From positions 2,170,001 through 2,234,000 of the forward strand of contig CP154954.1 of assembly GCA_039621445.1 (NCBI GenBank): DNA of 64,000 bases, read 5' to 3'. The DNA comes from Euglena gracilis. Lineage: Eukaryota. The notes below the pieces were generated by a model. It was not told where the DNA came from. It ran no database searches and was given only the letters and a program-made list of their open reading frames with translations. Position 1 is the first letter of the stretch; each line of letters opens with the position of its first letter. This document shows positions 25,790-37,117 of the stretch, in pieces. The translations under genes were made by a program, and so were the position numbers.

Positions 25790-27399
25790 CCAGATCCTTC
25801 GCAGGTTGGTTGGGAAAGCGCTGCTTCACACTGGGGCTGCCAAAGACCAGGTTGCACGGCTTAGCCCCCTGCAGACCGGGGTCGGGGTCTCTAACGCCTC
25901 TGAGTCCATTGCCATTACGGCACAAAACATGGTGAGGAAGTTGGACCCAAGGGGCAACTTGGCGGTTCTCCAAGTAGATCTGAAGAACACGTTCAACACC
26001 CTCGACCACACTGTCCTGCTCCAAGAGGCGCAGACGCGCACACCCGCACTTTTCAACTACCTGCGGTTCGCATATGGCCAACCCGCGCATTTGTTCAGTG
26101 AGGGGCGAGTGCTATCATCCACAAGGGGCACGCACCAAGGCTGTCCCCTGGGGCCCATTGGCTTTGCGGTCGGGTTTGCACACTATAGCCGAGACAATCA
26201 GCCAACAGGCAGAGTTACTTTGGTCCTCGTGATCCCTGCTGCTTGCCAGGGTGCAGCCCGCACCGCGGCTCTGTGTCGATACTAAACCCCCCCCAAATAA
26301 TACCCCCCCCGGGGTATTACTTTTTCGCCCGAAGTCCCGGCCCGAGGGGGGGGGGTATTATTTGGGGGGGTTATTTTTCCAAAATTTTCGAAATTTTCCG
26401 AAGTCCCGTAAAACCCAAAATAGCACCCAAAACCGCCCTTTGGGGTCATTTTTTGCACTTTCTTGTGAAATTTACCATTTTTGGAGGTCAGATGAGCCAG
26501 AAAAATCCATTTTTTCCATAATTTGTTGTCAGAAATTGTGATTTTTACCTACATTTTCAGGTCAAAAATCCGGGCCTTCGGCCCGAAACCAGGGGGGGGG
26601 GGTATTATTTCGGCGGCCGAAGTCGGACCCCAAGGGGGGGTATTATTTGGGGGGGGGGGGTGTTATTTGGGGGGGGTATTATTTGGGGGGGTTTACCATG
26701 CCCCCCCATATAAGACCCCCCCCCGGGATTTTGGCTCCCGAGGGGGGTCTTACCCCCCTCCTTTATTGTCCCACCGACCTGCCCCCGGGAGGCCCGACCG
26801 GACAATAAAGGGGGGGGGACAATAAAGGGGTACCAAAGGAATTTCATTGGCCGGGCCAAAAAAACCCCCCGTCGGCCGGGGCCCAGGGACAATAAAGGGG
26901 GGGGACAATAAAGGGGGGGGGTGGTATATGGGGGGGGGCATGGTACACCCATGGACACAAAAAGGTTGCATGCCCAGCTTACGCGGCAACCCCGGTTGAT
27001 AGACTCTGCCAGCAGCCTGCCAACAACCTCGCCTCCGCACTGGGATCCCAACACCCCGAGAGCCAACAATTGCTCACCCCTGCCTCCTTCGCTTCCGCCT
27101 CTGGAAACGACACGTCACAGCGGTGGTGGCAGACCCAGCTATCACGTGCCACGGTGGACGGCCTGCTAAACCGAACCTTGCCAAGAGACCAGGCCCGCCT
27201 GATGGAACAGGCCCATGGTGTCGGTCACGGATGACCCCACGAGGCCCTCCACACGACGATTGACGCGGCAGACTACCGCCCTGGGCTGAAATGGTGGCTG
27301 GGACTGCCCCTGGCAGACTCAACCGGCACGTGCGCAGGATGCCAGAGCGTCACTGATGTCCACGGTGACCACAAGATGTGCTGCATCCAGAATAACTTT
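25790..27399 (+). mobile_element. CRE-like non-LTR retrotransposon, 5' part (RT to CCHC), internally deleted and interrupted by MITEs
   Basis: ILRRLVGKALL...PLQTGVG...VDLKNTFNTL...YGQPAHL...SSTRGTHQGCPLGPIGF (YxDD region missing). After the MITE block 26283-26945: WWQTQL...RDQARL...DYRPGLKWWLGLPL...CAGCQSVTDVHGDHKMCCIQNNF. Confidence 0.9.
26283..26945. mobile_element. Three stacked or nested TA-flanked MITEs
   Basis: 26283-26695 (taaaccccccccaaataa / ttatttgggggggttta); 26694-26945 (taccatgccccccc / gggggggcatggta); family D 26751-26926 inserted at a TA inside the latter. Confidence 0.85.
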
Positions 27400-30300
27400 C
27401 TTAGACGGCGCTACAGGGTATGATGGTTTTTTGAAAAAAATCTGCGGTTCCCAAGCCCGTTTCATGCTTTCTGGCCGCGCACTGGCTGTGAAGGGGAGAC
27501 GCCGATCCAGGAAAGGGGCAAGACCGCGCAGTATTCAGAGGCATTCGGGCCCGATTCCCCGGTTTTTCACCTCCCCCTGGTGCCCACCAGGCCGATGCAC
27601 CCCGCAGGGCAAACGTTGAAAATGAGGCAAATTTACGTCCCCCGTGGGGTTATGCTCTGTGTAGTGCACAGGTGGGCCAAGACACAAGGTCAGGGCCGCA
27701 CCGGCAGTTGGGAATGTCAGGCACCATGTGGCACCGACCTCCACCAAGACAATAGGGGCTTTGTATAGAATGAGGGGTGGTTGGAGGGCGGAAAAACAGC
27801 GTTTTCAAGCCGACCTGCGGGACCGGGGATGGACGCCCAATTTGAAAGGAAAAATCTTGCACTGGGAAAAAAGCCCTTCCAGGGGGTGAAAAAATGCCGA
27901 AAATGGCTCCCCTCCCCGATGCAATTTATGCAGTTGGACAGCACACTTTGGGAACCACGGTTCCCAAACGAGACAGCCGATGCGTTGAGCAGGCTTGGGG
28001 ACAGTGTTCACTGCCCTCCGGGGCAGAAGCTGGGGGAAACACAGCCTGGTTGAAGCAGCAGCATGGGATGCTTTCTCCCCCCAGGCAAAACAATGCAAGA
28101 TCTGGTTGGAAGAACGGTGGACCAAGACCTCCTTGTTCTTTGCCAGGGTCTCTCTGAGGTGATGCTTTCAGCGGGGTTTCAAACCAGCCTTTTGATTTCC
28201 TGCCCTCTGGATTATCCCACATGGAACCATGCGTCACCAATTCTAAAAATGCCCTTTTCAGGAATGGCACAAAGAGCACTTGAAGGGGCATGTTGTGCGA
28301 AGAGTGCTTGTCGTGAAATGAAATGAACGAATTTCGGCAAAGATCCCTGTGCAACATCTTTTCATGGGAGGAAAATAAAATGTCCATTGGTAACCCATAA
28401 GAACTGGGAAGAATGAGGAACCAAACACCGATCCCATGAAGAACTTTTCAGCAGCAAGGCTAAGGGGAATGCACTCTGGAAAAGAGATTCGGAAGTTAAA
28501 TTGGGATAGCAGTGATGCTGCTTCTGTTTCAACTTGCAAAAACAGGGTGGATGGTGGAAAGACACTGGCGTGGGATGGAGAACAGTGGTCCTATGGTCTG
28601 GGTATTTCCTCGTGGGCCGCTTCCACTTCTCAATCCACTGTCTACAACCTTCCTTGTTGCCCTGCACATATGAATGTGAATGGGAGCCTCCTGCCCCAAT
28701 TGCAATGGCAGAAGCACATGTAGAGAGGTGCATTGCTCCCGCGGTGATGAGTTTTGTCCATCACTAGACAACCATCACAGATTGATCCAACGGATCCTCC
28801 GAGCTTCCCAGCACGCCATGGTGCACAAAACAAGCGTCAAACATAAGGCGATCCCAATAAAACTGGCGGCCTCCCACATGAGCAGATTCATCTACTTGCC
28901 ACCCGAATCCCTTGGAAGCCCTTGACTTTCGGCTGAAAGCCAAAGAGCAAGAATTTGTAATGTATCAAATGGTCAGGCTGAGCAACAACACAAATAATAT
29001 CTCAGCCCCAACCTTCACCACCAAAAAAAAATGCAAAATATCCCGCAGAAATCTTTGAGATTCTGGATTTCAAACGAGAGATCTTTATTTGATGAACACA
29101 TTGAAAATCATTGGAGAAAAGTGGTCCATTTTTAATGGACAAAAAGGAAAATTCAAATTTGGGAACCGTGGTTCCTATTTTTTTTGTTTGACAAGAATGG
29201 TCCAGATTGTGTCAGGAGCCCATGCTCCCTTAGAAAGGAAAAGGGGGGAAAGAGGAAATTGTTTGAACCTTAAGAAGGCAGAATGGCAAAAAAAAAAAAG
29301 CTTGAGAAGAAGGGGGTAGGGTCACAGGGGGGCATGGGGGGGTCAAGGGGGGAGAAATGGGGGTTCGCAGCAGCTTTGCAGAATTGTCAAAAAGGACAAA
29401 AAAAATGCTGGAAATTTGCTTTAGACTTGGTGTTTCCTCAACTTCTGGGGTCCCGAATCCGGGTCATTGCGGGTCGGGTCACGGGTTCACAGGGCAGGGG
29501 GGTTACGGGGACGACACCACCAAAAGGCTTGCAGCACCCGGAAAAGTGGAGGCCTTGGTGCGCTTAGTTGTGGAGTGTCCCATGAGGTTTGCATGAAGTG
29601 AGATTCAAAGGCGCGTGGTCTTACCCTAAGCGCCTTTGTTTGGGCCCTTGCAGTCTTCAAATGTGGTCTGTACATTTTTGTTTGGACTCCAGGAGATGAA
29701 CGGCTGTATGTGCTTTTTTGTCTTTTGATGAGTCAAACGAGATTTGCCTGTTGTCAACTTGTAATCCTAGTTTTGATTTGGGGTACAACTGGCCATAGAC
29801 CTTGGAGAATTTAGCAAAATCTTTTTTTGGGGGGGTCTGGGGCCAAAAAAAAACACGAGAAGAAATATATTGCCTAACAAAGGCAACCATTTTAAGTCCT
29901 ACCAGCATCCATGATGCCACACCTTGGATACTGGACAGCAACATGAAATGTTGATTGGAGCAAAATCAGCAAAGCCACAACTGCACAGGTGCGCAATGGG
30001 GAAGAGGCTTCAAACCAAACCAACCACGGTGGATGGCCCACGCCAGGGAAAATGAATGTTGTCACCCCTCACTGTGATAGCAAAATTGGTACTGTAATAA
30101 AAACTGTTCTTTTCTCTTTATGGACACAATGGTCCCAAACCGTGATGGAATGTCAAAAATTAAGACCACGGTCCTCAAAGACTGATGAGAGAAACGTTGG
30201 TGTGTGTCCAGCATGCAACTTTTGTTTTGAGTCCTGGGGCTCACACGGTCTGACTCTTTGATGACGGGATTGTTCGCTAGTGGCCGAGAGAAAATCATGG

Positions 30301-32916
30301 CTAAAGCTTCTGTACAATGAATACAATTGAGGGAAAAAATCTTCCAAATTGAGAAATTCTGGGATGCCCAGAATTTCTCTGCAAATTTGAATGACAAAAT
30401 GATTTGATGGATGGATTGGAAAATGAGCAATGGAAAAAAATCACCTTCGTTCAAATTTGTTGAGAAATCTGCTTTCTTCGGGGGGAAGACAAGGCTCTTG
30501 TCCAAATACAAATAAGTCATCACACCACATGCTTCAGAGGACACTTCGAGGATAATAACTGGCTTGTTCAAAAAAATATGCACTTTTGAAAAAACGACTT
30601 GAGTTTTGTCATCCAAACTGCACTTTGTTAATTCCTGGGTACCAGCCAAAAATCAAATTTTTGTTCAATTGTCATGCAGACTTTGGCAGACGTGTTCCCA
30701 TCTTTTTCTTGCCTATTGACATGCACATTCGTTCACATGGCGTACATCACATTAACACCCATGGAACGCACAGCCCACCAAAAATAGCACAAACTGCCTG
30801 TTCCTTGAGGTCATGACTTTCTATGTGCAATGTTCCACGTTCCCTTGTTTGATGACTTTCCAGAGTGCATACTCCGCTCCATCATGCTCTTGCGAGTGCA
30901 ACAATGCCGAGGGCCACATTTGAGTTGAACGATCAAGGGCTTTAACACTGCATGTGGCAAAGGGCGATGTCTTAGCTAAAATGGCTCAGCTAAAATGTTA
31001 CCAATAAAATGGAGTCCCGCGCTTTCCTTCTCCCGTGTTTCAGAGGAGTTTTCAAGCCATTCAACATCGCTTGTTTGCAAACTTAATACACAAAATAACA
31101 GACTTATGTCTGTTTCACCAAGGCACCACATTTCTTTGCCACGGTGGGACAAATATATTTTTGAAACAAAAAATAGTGAATTGATCCCGCAACCATTGAG
31201 CAACCCAAAAGGTGATGTGCAAAAGGACTATTTATGAGTGAACGCCTTGGGTTCACGTTTGTTAATCCCATCCTGACCAACACGGGTGCACAATGACATC
31301 TGATTGGGGGGGGGGTGGAACGACCAAAATACAAAAGCCCTCGCCCCCCCCCTGAGGTGGCCAGAGTTTTAAGAAAGACAATGGCGAAAAGGATTAAAGA
31401 AAATTGAGGTTAGAATATTTCCTGGAGTCAGTTTTGGGTTGGCCACCCTCTGGGATGCAGCTTCCAAACGACGCACATGCATGGTTGCAATTGGGTCCGA
31501 TAAATCACCCACACGGGGACAGCAAGCATACTGATGGCTGGAAGCAGTTTTCCTTCTGAATATACGGCCCAAAGCAAGGTTCTTTGGAAGTGGTTTCTTG
31601 GTTTAACATTGCACAACTGACATTTCACGGCAATAAACTTTGGCGGATGTGTGTCTTGGGTGCTTGCGTCACTGTGCGTCCCAACGCCTCCCTATCGTGG
31701 AAAACCATTGTATTTTGAGGTTTCTTGGTGTGAAAAATGCCACCCTTGGCAAGCAATGGGATAACCGAACTAAAAATGTGGCTGGATCACGCCTCTAATC
31801 CTAACCCAGTTGTTCCTACCGCAGCTAGCACCACAACCTAATTTCAGCACTCCCAAAAGCCGACCGTCGAACTTCACAATCCCTAACAGCATAAAAAAAA
31901 ATTCATTTGGTGCTTTGCAAATGGCGACTTTCCGGTTCACCCTTAATGCAAATCCTGAAGATGCGAGAGGGGAAACAGTTGCAGGCCTTGGGGTTGCAAT
32001 GACCTTCTATCACATGCACTTCTCATGTGTGTGATGTACCACTGTGCCAATGAAAACAACAAAAAAAGGTGCTTCATCCGATGGCACCCCCCCCAAAAAG
32101 CAGAAAATGAGGAAATCAAAAGGCAGTGCAAAAAAAAAATGGGAACCGTGGTTCCCAAAACTTCCCAACCATTGCCCCGATTATTCAAAGGCCAAACAGG
32201 AAATGTGACCTTCGCAAAACATTGGAAATGGGGCTATATCAAGATCATTTGCAATTCAAGGCTTGTCGCTTTCCATTGCTACACCCATTTCTTCTAAGCA
32301 CCCCCCATGACATGAAGTAGAACACCAGTACCTTGACTGCCGGATCGATCAAACAATTTGGGAACCGTGGTTCCTAAATTTCAAAGATGACCCCCACCCT
32401 GCAAACAGGGGCTTGCAAAACGGATGGGGGGAACAAAAGGTGCGTGCTGCCAAAAAAAAACAATTCTTCATTTTGAAGCAGTGTGGCAACTTGGACTTCA
32501 CTTGTTGACACCCACGGAGGGAATGAAGACACACATCAACTTTGACGCCCACCCCTACAACTTTGGCTCATTGACCCCAACCTGTCCGAGGCCCCGACCA
32601 ATTTCAAAAAAGGGGGGGTTCAGACATCCAAAAAGTCTTTTGAAAAAAAGTTCAGGGGGGGAAGGAAAGCGTGTTTTACCCCCCCTCCACGAAAATGACG
32701 TTGGGCAGCGTAGGGACCCACACTCAAACCAGGGCCACAGTGGCACCGCCGCAAAACCCACACACAGCGGGAACACCCAGCCAGCGCACAGCACCGGCCC
32801 TGGGTGAGCCATGAAAGCACGTTGCGCAGAGCCGAGGCCCCACGCCAACGCCTCGAAAAAGTGGTCATTTTTTGGGAACCGCTGATTTTCGATCATACCC
32901 TGTAGCGCCGTCTAAG
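27400..32916. mobile_element. 5517-bp TIR DNA transposon, superfamily unassigned; 5-bp TSD ACTTT
   Basis: cttagacggcgctacagggtatgat (27400-27424) is the exact reverse complement of 32892-32916. acttt at 27395-27399 and 32917-32921. Removal rejoins the CRE reading frame. Confidence 0.92.
28540..29110 (-). pseudogene. Decayed cargo frame, possibly 2OG-Fe(II)/AlkB-like dioxygenase
   Basis: One frame reads ...ISAGYFAFFFGGEGWG*DIICVVAQPDHLIHYKFLLFGFQPKVKGFQGFGWQVDESAHVGGRQFYWDRLMFDACFVHHGVLGSSEDPLDQSVMVV**WTKL... The HxD motif is not intact, so the assignment is tentative. Confidence 0.3.
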
Positions 32917-33260
32917 ACTTTGCCAACAGACACACCGCCGTCTAGGACGCTTTATTCAACCTCTTGCCCACAAACGGCCAAAGTGTTCAGCGCGAGGTTC
33001 CGGTACCCAATCAGCCACATACCTCTCTACGGCCCGCCGACCTGCTGCTGGCCACATGGCAGGATGGCAAGCCTACAGCAGTGGACATCACCGTTGCGCA
33101 CAGGTGGCAAGCAGCGGAGAGGAGTGCCTCCAGGGAGCGTTGGAGAACCTTCCTGAAACGACGTGAGCAAGCTAAGCACACCAAGTACGACATCCCGTGT
33201 CGGAACGGTGGGTGGTCGTTCGCGACGCTGGCCATGGGCACGTGGGGAGGCCTGGACCCT
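32917..33260 (+). mobile_element. CRE-like retrotransposon, 3' part (restriction-like endonuclease domain)
   Basis: NF-ANRHTAV*DALFNLL...VQREVPVP...LRPADLLLATWQDGKPTAVDITVAH...REQAKHTKYDIPC...FATLAMGTWGG (RH, E, RPAD..D, K..KY motifs). Confidence 0.9.
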
Positions 33261-33382
33261 CCCATCCTGATCCACCAACCCTCAATTAAACGATAGTCAG
33301 CCGAGCCGGGGGCTGCAATCAGGTGGGCCTCGTCTTTTCTTGCGTTTAAAAACACACAAAGCATTTTTCGCAGACCTGCTTG

Positions 33383-33690
33383 TGCCACCTGTGGCCCAAA
33401 ACTGGCCACCAGTCGTTGCCCAAAACTGGCCACCATGTGTGGCCCAAAACTGGTCACCATCTGTGGCACAAACCTGGCCACCATATGTGGCACAAAACTG
33501 GCCACCATCTGTGGCACAAAACTGGCCACCGCATTTGGCCCAAAACTGACCAGCATCTGTGGCCCAAAACTGGCCACACATTGGGCCTGAAACTGGCCCC
33601 TACATCTGGCCCAAAACTGGCCACCATCTGTGGCACAAATTTGGCCACCACCCGTGGCCCAAAATTGACCACTGCCTGTGACACAAAATT
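33383..33690. repeat. 22-bp minisatellite TGTGGCCCAAAACTGGCCACCA
   Basis: About 13 imperfect units; a related degenerate array lies at 36489-36686. Confidence 0.92.
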
Positions 33691-33826
33691 GTTCAGCACT
33701 GTTTTTTTTTGGACAAGGACATTTGTTGAACAGCAGAAAAAGAAGGCAACAAACAAAAACAAGTCTCATACCAATTGAAGCGTGCTGACTTAATAAACAT
33801 TCTCCAGGTAACATGACTTCAGGTGA

Positions 33827-34225
33827 TACCATGCCCCCCCCTTTACTGTCCCCCCCCCCCTCACTGTTCCCACTGGGGGGACGGGAACAGTACAGTGTCA
33901 TAGCACTTTTTGTAAAGGATTCTTTGAACACAAGGCAAAAAAGGAGATTTTTGGTTGGTTTTAGGTGCTTTCCATCCGACCAAAATCCAACCTAATGCCA
34001 AAATGGATGTTGTGGAGGTGCAATTTTCAAGCATGTAAACCAAAAAAGCTTCATTTTGCCATTTTAGGTGGCCTTTTGGGTCTAACTTGGTTGGTTGGTT
34101 CATGGCCCATGGGAACAGTAAGGGGGGGGAGCTCGTCCCCCCCCTTGCTGTTCCCCCCCCCTTACTGTTCCCATGGACCCAAAAGGGGGCCACGGGATGG
34201 GAACAGTAAGGGGGGGGGCATGGTA
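33827..34225. mobile_element. TA-flanked MITE, TIR TACCATGCCCCCCC..TTACTGT
   Basis: taccatgcccccccctttactgtcc / ggaacagtaagggggggggcatggta. Same termini as the 26694-26945 element. Confidence 0.85.
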
Positions 34226-34404
34226 AATATACTGGTCGTTGAAGTCCTTCAGCAGCACACCACAGCAGACACCAACCTTGACTTCAACTCAAAATTGTCC
34301 ACTTAAAACCAGAAATCCAATCTTGTCCTTTCATGTTACTTCTCGTACATATACCGTCCGTCCAGTCGGTGGCCACCTGTCATTCCTGTCATTCCTGTCC
34401 ATCC

Positions 34405-35780
34405 TATCGGACGTTGCTACGGCTGACCGTGCCCTGACCGGACTTCACCACGGCCTAGGTCAACTGGGCTGCTCTTTGAACTTCGCCAAGACCACGCCCT
34501 GGGCCCTGGGACACGGCACATGCCTTCCCTCCCCGAGGATTCCGTACTGCGGCGGGCATCCGTCATCCCAACCATATATACACCAGATTCCGGCGTCTCG
34601 GTCCTGGGTGTCCCAATTCACCACCCGGCTTCCCGTGGCTTTGTTCGTCAGCAGTTAGACAGCTGCATCTCCAAGAATGAACAGGCCTGCACCTTGCTGG
34701 GCTCTGTACGCGACCCGCAAGTACAGCTGTCCTTGCTTCTTTTCTGCCTCGACGCTTGCAAGTTCAGCTCACTGCTTCGCAGCGCTCACTGCGTGCCGTT
34801 CACTGACCTCCTGTCCCGTGCGGACAGCTGTCTCCGGTCCACCTTCCAACAGATCCTGGATTGCTCGGTATCATACACACAATGGGCCCAGGCTTCCCTT
34901 CCCCTACGCCAGGGCGGATTCGGCATACGGTTATCCATCGACAGCGTGCTACCTGCCCGTCCGAGTGCCCTGTTGTCATGGATTACCTGTGCACCATCCT
35001 CCTTGGGTTTGGGCAACATCTCACGGGCCCCGATTGATGGACTGCCCGAATTTCTGTCCGGTCTACAGATACGACTGGGTGACGCCTTTGAACCAGTGCG
35101 GAAATGGATCGGGGAGAGTTCCTTAAGTCCCGAGGACACTTCCCACCATGACCAAGCTTGGTGGAGTGAACAGCTCCGCCAGGCCGCACGTCCGGCATTC
35201 CTGTCTGCCCTAAATGACCGGGACCGTGTCCGCTTTGAGCATCAAAGTAATTCTATCTGCTCAAGCTGGATCGGTGCCCGCCCATCCAAGGCTGCAGGGT
35301 TTGCCGTCGACGGCGCGTCTTTCCGCCTCATGATGAAGACTGCCTATCATCCCCCTCAGCCTGGCCGGTTCCCCCGGCCCCCTCGGCTGCGGGTCGTTGA
35401 TCCTTTTGGGGACCACGCTCTGTGCTGCCACAAGAATAAATTGTGGGAACGCCACCACAGAGTACAGCACTTCCTTTGGTCCCAGCTACAGGCACGGGGT
35501 ACTCCGCACGCCTTGGAAATCTCGGTGGCCGCCGATCAAAAGAGGGGCGCGGACATCTTCCTTCCCCATTGGTCCGGCGCTGCGTCCTGGGCCATCGATG
35601 TGGGCATCAACCACCCCTCTCCGCCCAGTGCCAGTTGGAGCCTCCCCGCCTCGTGGGAATTACTTCGCAGCAGAGCACTTAGGAAGACTACCAAATACGG
35701 AGGCCGCTGCCAAACCCGAGGTGCGCGATTCTCCCCCATGATCCTTAGTGTATGGGGTTCCTTCGGGGGAGAGAGCCAAC
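34405..35780 (+). mobile_element. 5'-truncated CRE-like non-LTR retrotransposon (RT thumb, linker, partial CCHC, RLE)
   Basis: GCSLNFAKT, GVSVLGVPI, QASLPLRQGGFGI, DPFGDHALCC, RHHRVQ, KRGADIFLPHW..AIDVGINHP, RKTTKY, FSPMILSVWG in ORF 34520..35881 and the preceding frame. Confidence 0.92.
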
Positions 35781-36064
35781 GTGTACCGGGGGTAGCCAAA
35801 AGTCGTCTGGCATTAAAGGCCGACCGGCTTTTACCCGTGCGGTTTTATGTTGCCCCCTTGCCCTCCACCCGTCGGGCTTAATCCCGCCCCCCTCCCCGGA
35901 GGGGTACGACCGGTTTTATTCCGACCCTGCTATACTCCGCACCCAGCCCTTGCGGTAAAAAAGTGAATCAGTGAAAGTGAGTCGAGGCACGCAAGTGCTC
36001 ACCGTTCACCGAGGCCGTGGGCCGGGCTTTACCGACGCCTCTCGCGGTCTCCCCCGCCAGGCGA

Positions 36065-36390
36065 CTAAAATTTTCGACTCACGGGGGCTGAAGATCAAGA
36101 TTTTCGGACCCGGGGGGGGGGGGCTGAAAATCAAAATTTTCAGTCCCACAGGGGGGGGGCTGAAAATTGAGATTTTAACTCTCACGGGGGGGCTCAAAAA
36201 ATTTTGAGTCTCGGGGGGGGGGCTGAAAATTAAAATTGTCAGTCTCACGGGGGGGGGGGTGAAAATTGAAAATTTCAGTCCCACGGGGGGGGTGAAAATT
36301 TAAATTATCAGTGTCACGGGGGGGGGGGCAGAAAATTAAATTCTTCAGTCTCACAGGGGGGGGGGGCAGAAAATTGAAATTTTCAGTCTC
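36065..36390. repeat. ~29-bp minisatellite GGGGGGGCTGAAAATTAAAATTTTCAGTCTCAC
   Basis: About 10 imperfect units with variable G-run length. Confidence 0.9.
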
Positions 36391-36957
36391 AAAAAAAAAA
36401 TGAAAAAATAAAAGCACAGGGGGGGGGAGGGCTGAAAATTACCTGTGGGACAAAAAAAGGCACCGCTGGCACCAAACCGATTCCAAGAAGTGGCACAAAA
36501 CTGGCCAAAATATGTGGCCCCAAAACTGGCCCCTGATGCAGCACCAAACTGGCCCCAAAATGTGGCCCCCTCAGATGTGGTACCAAACTGGTGCAAAAAT
36601 GTGGCTCAAAAACTAGCCCCAAGATGTGGCACGAAACTGGCCAAAGATGTGGTTCCAAACTGGCCCCAAAACTGACCACAAGATGTGAATGTGAATCAAA
36701 AAAACTGTAAAGCAAATCACCAGATCACCATTACTGCAAACAAAATGGACAGACAAACAAAAACCTTCGAGTTTCAAGGCACAGCAACAGGAATCAGAAA
36801 ACATAAACGACGGCCATTCCCAAGAAAAGGGAGCAGCCCGTTCTCCACTTCACCGCTCTTCTCTCTGCACATCGCACATCGCATGCATCTATTTGGGGCA
36901 GTTTTGGGCGACTTTGGCCCAAATGGGCCGCCGGTCAAAAATGGTAGATTCCACACT

Positions 36958-37117
36958 TACCCCCCCCCCCCTTATTGTCCCACCGACCTCCCCCCGGGAG
37001 GCCCGACCGGACAAGATGGGGGGGACAATATGGGGGTACCAAAGGAATTTCATTGGCCGAGCCAAAAAAAACCCCCCGTCGGCCGGGGCCGAGGGACAAT
37101 ATTGGGGGGGGGGGGTA
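36958..37117. mobile_element. MITE family D, diverged copy
   Basis: Same internal sequence as 23250-23426, TA-flanked. Confidence 0.85.

Noticed and set aside
33383-33690. CRISPR-like or repeat-protein gene (ORF 33011..33931)
   Set aside because: 22-bp tandem units (not a multiple of 3) without spacers; the ORF is a by-product of the minisatellite and the antisense CRE sequence.
35780-35881. C-terminal part of ORF 34520..35881 as genuine retrotransposon protein
   Set aside because: CRE-like similarity ends at ...VWGSFGGES; the rest is read-through into unrelated sequence.
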